A stretch of DNA of 64,000 nucleotides from Alphaproteobacteria bacterium. GTDB lineage: Bacteria > Pseudomonadota > Alphaproteobacteria > RF32 > CAG-239. Each line of letters starts with the position of its first letter. Position 1 is the stretch's first letter. Where the stretch lies: the NCBI GenBank assembly GCA_017465945.1, contig JAFTVD010000001.1:41604-105603 (forward strand). Direction: 5' to 3'. Below are positions 28,289-36,894 of the stretch, in pieces. Made by a program: the position numbers and the translations under genes. The notes below the pieces were generated by a model, which worked only from the letters and a program-made list of their open reading frames with translations, did no database searches and was not told the DNA's origin.

Positions 28289-29074
28289 ATGTTAAAATTT
28301 TTAAGTATCACACTACTATCATTAATCATTTCTGTTAAAACGTCTATCGCAGATATTCCATTAGAATTACAAGAACTAGATTCCCTTGCAGACTTACTTC
28401 CTGAAAACGAATTTGATTTAAGCAATAACACAACAAAAACAAAATTAAGAACTCAAGAAAAGGCTATAATTCCCCAAATAACAGAAGCAATACCGGAAGC
28501 CGCCTCTTTTAACATAAATAATCCAGAGCAAGTTTTTTGCTATCATGTAGAAAAACGCCCCTCTGGTTATAAGGGATATACTTTAGGAAATTATGCCATC
28601 AAAGATTACTGTGGCGAATTAGATTTTGACCAAACCACTACTGTCTATGAAGCTCTATTCACAAGAAGCCCTAATATTATAACCACCCATTCAAACTGCA
28701 GAATAGAACCAAAAGTTATGTTACGCTTTTTAAGAGGGGTTGATTATACAGATGTTTTACTATCATCACCGTGCCACTCATTTACAATATTTTACGCAGG
28801 ACGTTACAAATCTTTTAATGTTAAACAAGGAATAATTGATGATATTATTAGTCAATTTAGCAAAAAAACAGAAACTTTTCACTCTCCTGCATTAATAAAA
28901 CAAACCATGGCAAATGCAGTTGCTAAAGACGAAATGCAATCTTATGAACTAGAAAAAAATCAAAAAAAATCCCCATCATTATGGAACAATGATGAACCTA
29001 AAGAACAATCAGACAATAAACCAACAAACACACCTACAAAAAAAGGTTGGGGTAAAATAAAACTCAATATGTAA
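28289..29074 (+). CDS. Secreted hypothetical protein
   Basis: The ATG at 28289 follows GGAGG by 6 nt; the ORF-track TTG at 28277 overlaps the RBS. Signal peptide MLKFLSITLLSLIISVKTSIA. No family recognised. Confidence 0.65.
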   Translation: MLKFLSITLLSLIISVKTSIADIPLELQELDSLADLLPENEFDLSNNTTKTKLRTQEKAIIPQITEAIPEAASFNINNPEQVFCYHVEKRPSGYKGYTLGNYAIKDYCGELDFDQTTTVYEALFTRSPNIITTHSNCRIEPKVMLRFLRGVDYTDVLLSSPCHSFTIFYAGRYKSFNVKQGIIDDIISQFSKKTETFHSPALIKQTMANAVAKDEMQSYELEKNQKKSPSLWNNDEPKEQSDNKPTNTPTKKGWGKIKLNM

Positions 29075-29159
29075 ATAAAACATTTTACTTGCAAAAAACA
29101 AACATTATGCTATAACTCTTTCAAAGTTTAACTTATTAACTTATAAAGAGAGATGTACT

Positions 29160-30632
29160 ATGGCAGAAGAAATTAGCGAACAAAGACAAAGTCGTATTAA
29201 TAAATTACAACGTTTAGAAGAAATGGGTTATAACCCATATCCTTATACATTTAAACCCAATGCTTTCGCCAAAGACTTACAAGAAAAATATAAAGATTTA
29301 GCAGCAGGAGAGCACACAGAAGACACAGTTACTGTTGCTGGCCGTGCTATGGCTGTAAGAAACGATGGCATGTTTATTGATATGAAAGATAAATCTGGCA
29401 ACATTCAGCTATTCTGTCATAAATGTAATTTAGATGAAGAAAATTTAAAATTATTAAAATGCCTTGATATTGGTGATGTAGTTGGCGTAACAGGTTTTAT
29501 AAGACGCACTCCTCGTGGTGAACTTTCTGTTGCCGCAACAAAATTTGATATTATTGCCAAATCTCTTGAACCATTACCAGAAAAATTCCACGGCTTAACA
29601 GATGTAGAAACACGTTATCGTAAACGTTATGTTGATATGATAATTAATGATGACGCTAAAAACGTATTAATCACTCGTTGCAAAATCGTTTCTGCTGTTC
29701 GTGAATTTTTCAATCAAAACGATTTTTTAGAAGTAGAAACACCTACACTTCACCCAATTTTAGGGGGAGCTAATGCAAAACCATTTGTTACACACTATAA
29801 CGCATTAGATAATGACTTTTATCTTCGTATTGCACCAGAGTTATACTTGAAAAAGTTAATCGTTGGCGGCATTGATAGAGTTTTTGAAATTGGTAAAAAC
29901 TTCCGTAATGAAGGTATTGATAAAAACCATGTTCCAGAGTTTTCCGCACTCGAAGCATACATGGCTTATGGTGATTATAATGATATGGCTGTACTTATTT
30001 CTAATTTATTACGTTTTGTAGTAAATAAAGTATTTGGCTCTGATAAAATTACCATCGGTGAACATGAAATAGATTTCTCAAAACCAATTCCCAAAGTATC
30101 AATTATTGATTTAATTAAACGTGAAACAGGTGTTGATTTCTTAAGTGTAGAAACTGTTGAAGACGCAAGAAAACTAGCATCATCAATAGGTGTAGAAACA
30201 GAACACTGTACTAACTGGGGTAAAGTGGTTCAAGAAGTATTTGATGAAAAAGTTGAACATACATTAATTGAACCAATTTTAGTATCAGATATGCCAAAAG
30301 ACATTTCTCCACTTGCAAAAACTCATCGTGAAAACCCTCGTTTAACAGAACATTTTGATGTTTATTTACTTGCAACAGAACTTGGTTGTGCATATTCAGA
30401 ACTTTCTAATCCACTAGAGCAATTAGAACGTTTCAAAAACCAAATGAAAGAACGCGACCTTGGTGATGATGAAGCTCAAATGTTAGACGAAAGCTTTGTT
30501 GATGCCCTATCTTACGGCTTTGTCCCAACAACTGGTATGGGTATGGGAATGGAACGTTTAGCAAGATTATTAACAAATAGTTCTACAATACGAGATGTAA
30601 TTTTATTCCCAGCATTAAAAAAGCGTAGTTAA
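29160..30632 (+). CDS. lysS: Lysine--tRNA ligase (class II)
   Basis: N-terminal OB anticodon-binding domain (VTVAGRAMAVRNDGMFIDMKD), class II motifs (FLEVETPTLH, FRNEGID, GMGMGMERL). Confidence 0.95.
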   Translation: MAEEISEQRQSRINKLQRLEEMGYNPYPYTFKPNAFAKDLQEKYKDLAAGEHTEDTVTVAGRAMAVRNDGMFIDMKDKSGNIQLFCHKCNLDEENLKLLKCLDIGDVVGVTGFIRRTPRGELSVAATKFDIIAKSLEPLPEKFHGLTDVETRYRKRYVDMIINDDAKNVLITRCKIVSAVREFFNQNDFLEVETPTLHPILGGANAKPFVTHYNALDNDFYLRIAPELYLKKLIVGGIDRVFEIGKNFRNEGIDKNHVPEFSALEAYMAYGDYNDMAVLISNLLRFVVNKVFGSDKITIGEHEIDFSKPIPKVSIIDLIKRETGVDFLSVETVEDARKLASSIGVETEHCTNWGKVVQEVFDEKVEHTLIEPILVSDMPKDISPLAKTHRENPRLTEHFDVYLLATELGCAYSELSNPLEQLERFKNQMKERDLGDDEAQMLDESFVDALSYGFVPTTGMGMGMERLARLLTNSSTIRDVILFPALKKRS

Positions 30633-30650
30633 CAAACAATCAAACAAAAA

Positions 30651-30674
30651 GGAGCTACATCGCTCCTTTTTTTT
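30651..30674 (+). terminator. lysS intrinsic terminator
   Basis: GGAGC-tacatc-GCTCC followed by T8. Confidence 0.75.
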
Positions 30675-30747
30675 ATAAAAGAATATTGACATTATAAGCT
30701 TTTAAATATACTCTCTGCTTGTTTATAAATTATTTAATATATAGCTT

Positions 30748-31518
30748 ATGGAAAAAAAATTAATTGCTCGGCTCAATGAAATCGGGCTAGAAGTTGGTTA
30801 CCCTTATGAGGTATTAAAAAATGGTCAATATCGTAAAACAGATACCCAAGGTATCAATGACGATGTTGCATTAGTTGTTTATGGTCCCGTTCAAACTGAT
30901 TGCATCTTATCTGAAATGGCTCCCATGGAAGATAACAAAAGACAAGTTTGGTCACAATTATTCCCCAAGCGCCCATCTTTAAAAGATGCGGTTTTAACCC
31001 AACAAGAATTATCCAAATTAATTCTTTTTGGACACAGACATACTGTTGTGAACTATCTTGGCAAAAAAAATCTTTCTGAACGCACAGCAAGATTGCTCGT
31101 TGCACGAAATGATGACGAATTGCTATATAAAATTCGTACTCTCAACCTTCGCTTGCCATCCTCAATCGCAGTTGCAGCCATTCTCTACATGTCAGATGCT
31201 CGTTTTGTAAATTTTATTAACGAAGGCGCAAAACGAGGTTTCTACCAATTTTTACCTCAAGTTGAAGAAGTCCTTATCAAACAAGGATCTCTTACTAAAT
31301 TCAAAGCTTATATAAAGCATTTTGGATTAAGAGAAGCTTCTGAACTACTTCTTGTAAAAACTGAAAACACAGCATTCTTAAAAGCTTACGTTGATGTAAG
31401 ATATTCTCTCAACAAAAGTCTTGAAGAAGCAATGTCTGTTCAATCTCAGTACAAAAAAATCTATGAGATTTATCAAGAACTAAAGGCAAACCAAGAAGAA
31501 AAAAACACCAAACGGTAA
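30748..31518 (+). CDS. Hypothetical protein (256 aa), helical-repeat-like
   Basis: Long ORF with its own terminator. No GGAG-type RBS. No family recognised. Confidence 0.55.
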   Translation: MEKKLIARLNEIGLEVGYPYEVLKNGQYRKTDTQGINDDVALVVYGPVQTDCILSEMAPMEDNKRQVWSQLFPKRPSLKDAVLTQQELSKLILFGHRHTVVNYLGKKNLSERTARLLVARNDDELLYKIRTLNLRLPSSIAVAAILYMSDARFVNFINEGAKRGFYQFLPQVEEVLIKQGSLTKFKAYIKHFGLREASELLLVKTENTAFLKAYVDVRYSLNKSLEEAMSVQSQYKKIYEIYQELKANQEEKNTKR

Positions 31519-31530
31519 CAAAACCAAAAG

Positions 31531-31565
31531 CTCACCTTTCATCAATGAAATGGTGAGTTTTTTTA
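31531..31565 (+). terminator. Intrinsic terminator
   Basis: CTCACC...GGTGAG outer stem with an inner TTTCA/TGAAA pairing, followed by a T-run. Confidence 0.7.
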
Positions 31566-31647
31566 TATATTTTTGAACTTTAAACTTGACTTTGTTCTTT
31601 ATTTGTTCTAAAGACTTCACATAAAACCAATAAAAAAAGAGAAAAAA

Positions 31648-33168
31648 ATGATATGTGAACTAAAAACTGTAGCCTTTAATGGCATAGAAGCACAAATTGT
31701 TAATGTACAAGTAAGTATAGCTAGTGGAACACCAGGATTTGTTATTGTGGGTCTGCCTGACAAAGCTGTTAACGAAAGCAAAGAAAGAATAAGGGCTGTA
31801 CTTGCAACACTAGGTATTGATTTTCCAAGAGACAGAATTACCGTAAATCTAACCCCATCAGATATGCTAAAAGAAGGAGCTCACTATGATTTGCCAATAG
31901 CTTTAGGCCTACTAGGAGCCATGAAAATAATTGATAACGAGAGCTTAAAACACCATATATTTATGGGGGCACTATCACTTGATGGCAGTGTTGAACGCAC
32001 TATTGGAGTACTTCCCGCAGCTGTAAAAGGTATTGAATTAAATCTTGGAATTGTATGCTCTAAAATTAATGAAAATGAAGCCTCATGGAGTACAAATCCT
32101 AATATCATACCAATCAATCATATTTTAGATATAATCTCACACCTAAAAGGCAAAACTCAAATCCCCTCTCCTAAACAACCACAAATAAATACAAATGAAT
32201 ATTCAATAGATATGGCAGACGTTAAAGGACAAGAAAGTGCCAAACGTGCAATGTTAATAGCAGCAGCTGGCGGACATAATTTATTAATGATAGGTCCTCC
32301 AGGTAGCGGAAAGACAATGCTTGCAGAAAGATTAATAACAATTCTTCCTCCAATGTCCATCAAAGAAGCCATAAAAACCGCAATGATACATTCTATTGCA
32401 GGTAGTTTTGATAACAATATTACTCTTCAACGTCCATTTCGTGCTCCTCACCATAGTGCATCAACTCCATCGCTTATTGGTGGAGGAAGAACAGGTATAC
32501 CTGGTGAAATATCACTAGCACACAATGGTGTATTATTTTTAGATGAATTACCTGAATTTCAAAGAGCAACACTTGATGCACTGCGTCAACCTTTAGAAAA
32601 CAAAAAAGCAATCATCTCAAGAGTACTTGCACATACAGAATACCCTGCAAACTTTCAATTAATAGGCGCTATGAACCCATGCAGATGTGGTTACCTTGGA
32701 ACAAATAAAAAAATTTGCACAAGAGCTCCTAAATGTGCAGCTGAATATATAGGAAAACTATCAGGTCCTTTCCTTGATAGATTTGATATACAAATAGAAG
32801 TTCCAGCTGTTAACCCCTATGACTTAACCGACATAAAAAAAGGAACATCATCAAAAGAAATGTTAAAACAAGTAATAAATGCCAGAGAAATGGCACAAGA
32901 AAGACTTGATAAACTAGGCATAAAAAATATATATCTTAACTCCGAATTAAAAGGCGAAATATTAGAAAAAATTGTAGATTTAGATGAAGATTTACGTAAA
33001 TTTACCGCATATTCCGCAGAAAAGTGCGGTTTAACCGCAAGAGGATTAATGCGAATTTTGCGGTTAGCAAGAACAATTGCGGACTTGCAAAATGAAAAAA
33101 AGGTGTCTAAAATGCACATAATGGAGGCTTTGTCCTACAGGCATAAGCTTTTTAAAAACCCATATTAG
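31648..33168 (+). CDS. comM: YifB/ComM-family Mg-chelatase-like AAA+ ATPase
   Basis: N-terminal Lon-protease-like domain, Walker A GPPGSGKT, Walker B LFLDELPEF, and a typical ~506-aa length. Confidence 0.9.
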   Translation: MICELKTVAFNGIEAQIVNVQVSIASGTPGFVIVGLPDKAVNESKERIRAVLATLGIDFPRDRITVNLTPSDMLKEGAHYDLPIALGLLGAMKIIDNESLKHHIFMGALSLDGSVERTIGVLPAAVKGIELNLGIVCSKINENEASWSTNPNIIPINHILDIISHLKGKTQIPSPKQPQINTNEYSIDMADVKGQESAKRAMLIAAAGGHNLLMIGPPGSGKTMLAERLITILPPMSIKEAIKTAMIHSIAGSFDNNITLQRPFRAPHHSASTPSLIGGGRTGIPGEISLAHNGVLFLDELPEFQRATLDALRQPLENKKAIISRVLAHTEYPANFQLIGAMNPCRCGYLGTNKKICTRAPKCAAEYIGKLSGPFLDRFDIQIEVPAVNPYDLTDIKKGTSSKEMLKQVINAREMAQERLDKLGIKNIYLNSELKGEILEKIVDLDEDLRKFTAYSAEKCGLTARGLMRILRLARTIADLQNEKKVSKMHIMEALSYRHKLFKNPY

Positions 33169-33181
33169 GAGATATAATAAT

Positions 33182-35611
33182 ATGTCAGCAGCAAACATTT
33201 TAAAAAAATTGTTTTGCGGATTAGTAGTTTTAGGCATCACCTTTGGTGCAACAATCACTATTGCCGCATCAGTTGACTGCCCAGATTGTCCACCTGAAAA
33301 GGATGGAAGCATTTTTCCTGGCGGTAGCTGTAAAAATTGTAACCAAGACAACGAAGTATTAGATAAAGATGGTAGCATTTTCCCTGGTGGTGGATGTGAT
33401 AGATGTAAAGATAATAACATCAAAATCATTGAAGAACCCAAACAAAAAAGTTGCCCTACTTGTCCAACCCCAGAGTTTAAAACAAAAAATTATGTATTTG
33501 CTGCTCCTCGCTATAAAAGCAACGATATAAATCGCAATTGCTGTGATTTAGCACCATTTACATTAAAACATGTTGATTTTAAAATTAATGGTCAAGAAGG
33601 TTATACACCATATACAAATCATGTAGGTAACTACAGATTTCGTATTTTTGGATGCCGTAGAACAGATAAAAAAGCTATGTTAAATCACGGAAGAGTAATC
33701 CAAAAGAATATGGCATTTTATGATGTATTCAAAAAATCAGCAGACAAATGCTACAAAATTTTGGATATCCCAAGTGATGTATGTTTAGCTGATGAAGCTG
33801 TAAAACTTCCTGAATATGTTTTAACTGCTGAAATCACCAATTTCTTTATGAACATTTGCGATGAGCATGACTGGGAAAAAGCTAAAAAATTAAATCGCCG
33901 TAATGGAACAGCTGAAATGACCGTTACATGGCGCCTATTAAATTTAAGCCAAACAGAAGTATTCTGGAAAGGTATTACCACAGGTTATGCTGAAATAGAA
34001 AATGGTGTTCATGAAGCTGAAACAACATTAGCTGAAGAAGCTTTTGCTGATGCAACAGCACGCTTAAGTTCTCTTCCTGGTTTTGAAGCTCAACTTTCAA
34101 TCCGTCCAACTGTTGAACAACTAGCAAGTGAACGCAATGCTTTAGTACAATTTGATGAGAAATTTAATCCTGGAAAATGTTACTTCAAAGAGGAAATAAA
34201 AGAAACTCATTCTTGTGACTATGCTCCTCAACCAAAATGTCCTGCTGTACATAAACCAGCGCTTGCACCTAAAGCACAAACATGCCCATGTGCAAAACCA
34301 GCTCCATGTGTTTGTAATCAACCTGTATGTTCTTGCCCAATGATGACAAGCTGTCCATGTGCTCAAGGCGAACCAAAAGTTGAAGAATTTGTTGACATCC
34401 AAACAAAAACTCAAACTATTGAGAAGAAAATCATTACAACAACACGTATTGAAACTCCTCAACCTGTTTGCCAACAAGTATGCCGTCCAGTATGTCAACC
34501 TCAAGCACAAAGACTTGTTTGCCCAATGCAGTGCGAACAAAAATGCGAAAAACCAAAATGTCGCAAAATTTGCACTAAAACTTGTGATGAAAACAATCAA
34601 AATTGTACAGAAGAGTGCGTTGAAGACTGCGGAGAACCAAAACCTTTACCTCAACCAACAAAAGTTGAACCTAAGGTAGAGGAGGTAGAGTACATTCCTG
34701 TAATTGAAGAAGATGGAGGCATTGAAGTTTCAAACAAAACCATTGAACCACAAATAATAGAAACAAGTGGAATTACCGATTCGCACCGTGTATATGAAAA
34801 TTGCATTGATGAAAACGGTAATGTGATTTCAGATGGTTCTTGCACAATTATTGATGATAGTTGGGTTGATTTGGAAGGATATAACGTTGATGCAAAATTA
34901 TGTATCGCTGATCGCCCTCCATACAAAGAACTTAGCCCTGAAAATATGTTAGAAATAAGAGGTTCTGTTGTTGAAATAGAAAATGCTAATGGTAAAAAGG
35001 GAATGGGATTAATTATCTCAGACTCATTTATCTTAAGCTCTGCATCATTAGTAAATAAGCTCAAAAATACTTATGATGTAAAAACAATCAACAAAGATAC
35101 ATATAAAGCTAAAGCTGTTAGAGTTAACCCTAGCAAAAACATAGCATTATTGCATCTTGAAAAACCAGTAACCTACACTCCATTATCACTCAATTTAGAG
35201 TTACCTGCTATTGATCAAGAAGGATTTATCTCTCTTGGTTTATTAGGAGAAAATCAAACTCCACAAAATTATATGGATGATAATGGTAAAATATATGGTT
35301 ATCGTTACTCTGATAACTTAGGAACAGAAATAATCGTTGATACTTTAGTACAAAAAGTATCTCCAGGAAGCATCTTGATAGATAAACTAGGTACAATCAA
35401 TGGTATATCAAGTTCTGCAAAACAAACTGACGATGGTATGGATTTGTTCATTCCAACAGAAACAGCTATCAGAAGTGTAGGCTTATCAATTTGTGAAAAA
35501 GTTTACGAAAAGAAAAGCCCATGGGAGAAAACAGTTTACAAACCTATAACAGAAAAAGTTAAGGTAGAAACTAAAGCTCCAGAAGTAATGGAAGAAGTTA
35601 CTCGTAAATAA
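33182..35611 (+). CDS. Secreted cysteine-rich 809-aa protein with a C-terminal degenerate trypsin-like (S1C/HtrA-like) domain
   Basis: Signal peptide and 42 Cys by my count. These include a duplicated KDGSIFPGGxCxxC unit and two C-x2-4-C-dense tracts. The C-terminal ~230 aa align by eye to the HtrA protease core, but His is replaced (SSASLV) and Asp is replaced (KNIALL). Confidence 0.8.
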   Translation: MSAANILKKLFCGLVVLGITFGATITIAASVDCPDCPPEKDGSIFPGGSCKNCNQDNEVLDKDGSIFPGGGCDRCKDNNIKIIEEPKQKSCPTCPTPEFKTKNYVFAAPRYKSNDINRNCCDLAPFTLKHVDFKINGQEGYTPYTNHVGNYRFRIFGCRRTDKKAMLNHGRVIQKNMAFYDVFKKSADKCYKILDIPSDVCLADEAVKLPEYVLTAEITNFFMNICDEHDWEKAKKLNRRNGTAEMTVTWRLLNLSQTEVFWKGITTGYAEIENGVHEAETTLAEEAFADATARLSSLPGFEAQLSIRPTVEQLASERNALVQFDEKFNPGKCYFKEEIKETHSCDYAPQPKCPAVHKPALAPKAQTCPCAKPAPCVCNQPVCSCPMMTSCPCAQGEPKVEEFVDIQTKTQTIEKKIITTTRIETPQPVCQQVCRPVCQPQAQRLVCPMQCEQKCEKPKCRKICTKTCDENNQNCTEECVEDCGEPKPLPQPTKVEPKVEEVEYIPVIEEDGGIEVSNKTIEPQIIETSGITDSHRVYENCIDENGNVISDGSCTIIDDSWVDLEGYNVDAKLCIADRPPYKELSPENMLEIRGSVVEIENANGKKGMGLIISDSFILSSASLVNKLKNTYDVKTINKDTYKAKAVRVNPSKNIALLHLEKPVTYTPLSLNLELPAIDQEGFISLGLLGENQTPQNYMDDNGKIYGYRYSDNLGTEIIVDTLVQKVSPGSILIDKLGTINGISSSAKQTDDGMDLFIPTETAIRSVGLSICEKVYEKKSPWEKTVYKPITEKVKVETKAPEVMEEVTRK
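33299..33406 (+). repeat. In-frame 66-nt-period duplication encoding KDGSIFPGG(S/G)C(KN/DR)C
   Basis: Unit 1 at 33299-33340 and unit 2 at 33365-33406. It also creates the repeat seen in the antisense shadow ORF 33064..33441. Confidence 0.8.
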
Positions 35612-35637
35612 AAAAGGGGAGGGCAACCTCCCCTTTT
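35610..35637. terminator. Bidirectional terminator
   Basis: aaaaaaGGGGAGG-gcaa-CCTCCCCtttt between convergent genes. Confidence 0.75.
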
Positions 35638-35657
35638 CTTATAAAAACAATCTTTAA

Positions 35658-36560
35658 TCAACAATTAGTTAATAATTTTAAATTATTTTCAACATAACCA
35701 AATACTATTTCTTTTTCAACCTCAATCAATTCAGACCTATCAAATGATTTCTCAATTTCTTCAATAACAAGCTTTTTCTTTTCAGCATTTTTTTCTTCAC
35801 TTGCAATAAATCTATTTATTTTTGCTATTTTTTTATCAAGCTTAACTCCCCACTTAGCACTGCTATTAAAATCTAAATTACATATCACACCTAATTTAGA
35901 GCTCAACATATACCAAAAATCTATCCCATAAGGTTTTCTATACAATTCCCAAATTTTAAAATATAAATTATTTTCATTATACTCATCAACCATTCCATAA
36001 AGAGTAGAATTTATAACAATTCTTTTTATAAAATAAATTATATTTTTCCACCACCCATCAACTTCAAACCTTAATTTTTCTATATTTTCTTTTTTAAACG
36101 AGCCTGAATTTACATAATCTAAAAGAAGTTCTCTTATATCATCTTCTTTTTTCTTAGGATAATATTTTATCAGTTTTAAAATATGACTTTCAAATTTAGC
36201 CATCAACTCGATAATTTCTTCACTCAAACAAATCACATTTTCATATTTATTTATTTCCTCATAACAATTAACCATAATCTCTATATGAACAGATGTTGCA
36301 TCATCAATAAATTCCTGCCTTAATTTCCTATTTTTGCTATTTAAAAAAGCTCGAATACTACTTTTTTTCTTAACAACATTAACTAGCTCATCATACCAAT
36401 ATATCTCAGAGATTTTATCTTTTTTCAAAACTAATTTTTTATTTTTTCTAGCCCAATCGTCAAAAGCATTTACCATTTTCTTAGCAATTTTACTTTCAAC
36501 AGCATCTTCTTTTTTATTTTTTTTCTTTATAAAGCTAAATTTTCTTTTATTTTTTACCAT
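35658..36560 (-). CDS. Hypothetical K/E-rich protein (300 aa), very AT-rich
   Basis: ATG with GGGGA 6 nt upstream. Lies directly downstream of tRNA-Leu(CAA). No family recognised. Confidence 0.6.
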   Translation of the reverse strand: MVKNKRKFSFIKKKNKKEDAVESKIAKKMVNAFDDWARKNKKLVLKKDKISEIYWYDELVNVVKKKSSIRAFLNSKNRKLRQEFIDDATSVHIEIMVNCYEEINKYENVICLSEEIIELMAKFESHILKLIKYYPKKKEDDIRELLLDYVNSGSFKKENIEKLRFEVDGWWKNIIYFIKRIVINSTLYGMVDEYNENNLYFKIWELYRKPYGIDFWYMLSSKLGVICNLDFNSSAKWGVKLDKKIAKINRFIASEEKNAEKKKLVIEEIEKSFDRSELIEVEKEIVFGYVENNLKLLTNC

Positions 36561-36640
36561 TTACGGTCCCCATAACACCAACTAGAAACCTCTATAACAT
36601 AATATAATTAATAACCTGTAAACATTTACATAAAACAAAA

Positions 36641-36657
36641 GCCTCCAACATGGAGGC
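36641..36657 (-). terminator. Terminator following tRNA-Leu(CAA)
   Basis: GCCTCCA-tgt-TGGAGGC (minus sense) followed by TTTTGTTTT. Confidence 0.6.
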
Positions 36658-36669
36658 TATATCAAATAA

Positions 36670-36755
36670 TGGTAGGGGTGGTCGGACTCGAACCGACACG
36701 ACTTGTGGTCACAAGATTTTGAGTCTAGCGCGTCTACCAGTTCCGCCACACCCCC
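36670..36755 (-). tRNA. tRNA-Leu (anticodon CAA), CCA encoded
   Basis: Hand-folded. Acceptor GGGGGTG/CACCCCT, D-arm GCGGAACTGGTAGACGC, anticodon loop CTCAAAA, long variable arm, T-arm GTCGG-TTCGAGT-CCGAC, 3' ACCA. 86 nt. Confidence 0.93.
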
Positions 36756-36894
36756 GTGTCACATGTTAGAAACGTTTAGAACAAATTTTAATAACAGTCA
36801 ATAGTTTTTTTTATTTTTTTTATTATAAATAAATAGAAGATTTGAAAATTATATGCTATAAATATAAAAACTTCTTATTGTAAGGATAACAATC

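Noticed and set aside
28277-28291. N-terminal extensions in the ORF track that start at TTG/GTG or at an upstream ATG: 28277, 26628, 40492, 16097, 6878, 48658, 43460, 21991 and 16729.
   Set aside because: In each case the extended start overlaps or abuts the Shine-Dalgarno sequence. A downstream ATG sits at a proper 5-9 nt spacing. I therefore annotated the shorter forms.
33064-33441. A minus-strand 125-aa ORF with an internal PPGKMLPS repeat, overlapping the comM end and the Cys-rich gene start.
   Set aside because: The repeat is simply the antisense reading of the KDGSIFPGG duplication in the plus-strand gene. The ORF spans a gene junction and has no translation signals.
34142-34679. Overlapping alternative-frame ORFs (34142..34600 minus, 34359..34679 plus) within the Cys-rich tract.
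   Set aside because: They arise from low-complexity C/P/Q/K codon repeats that keep several frames open. The long plus-strand frame (33182..35611) explains the region.
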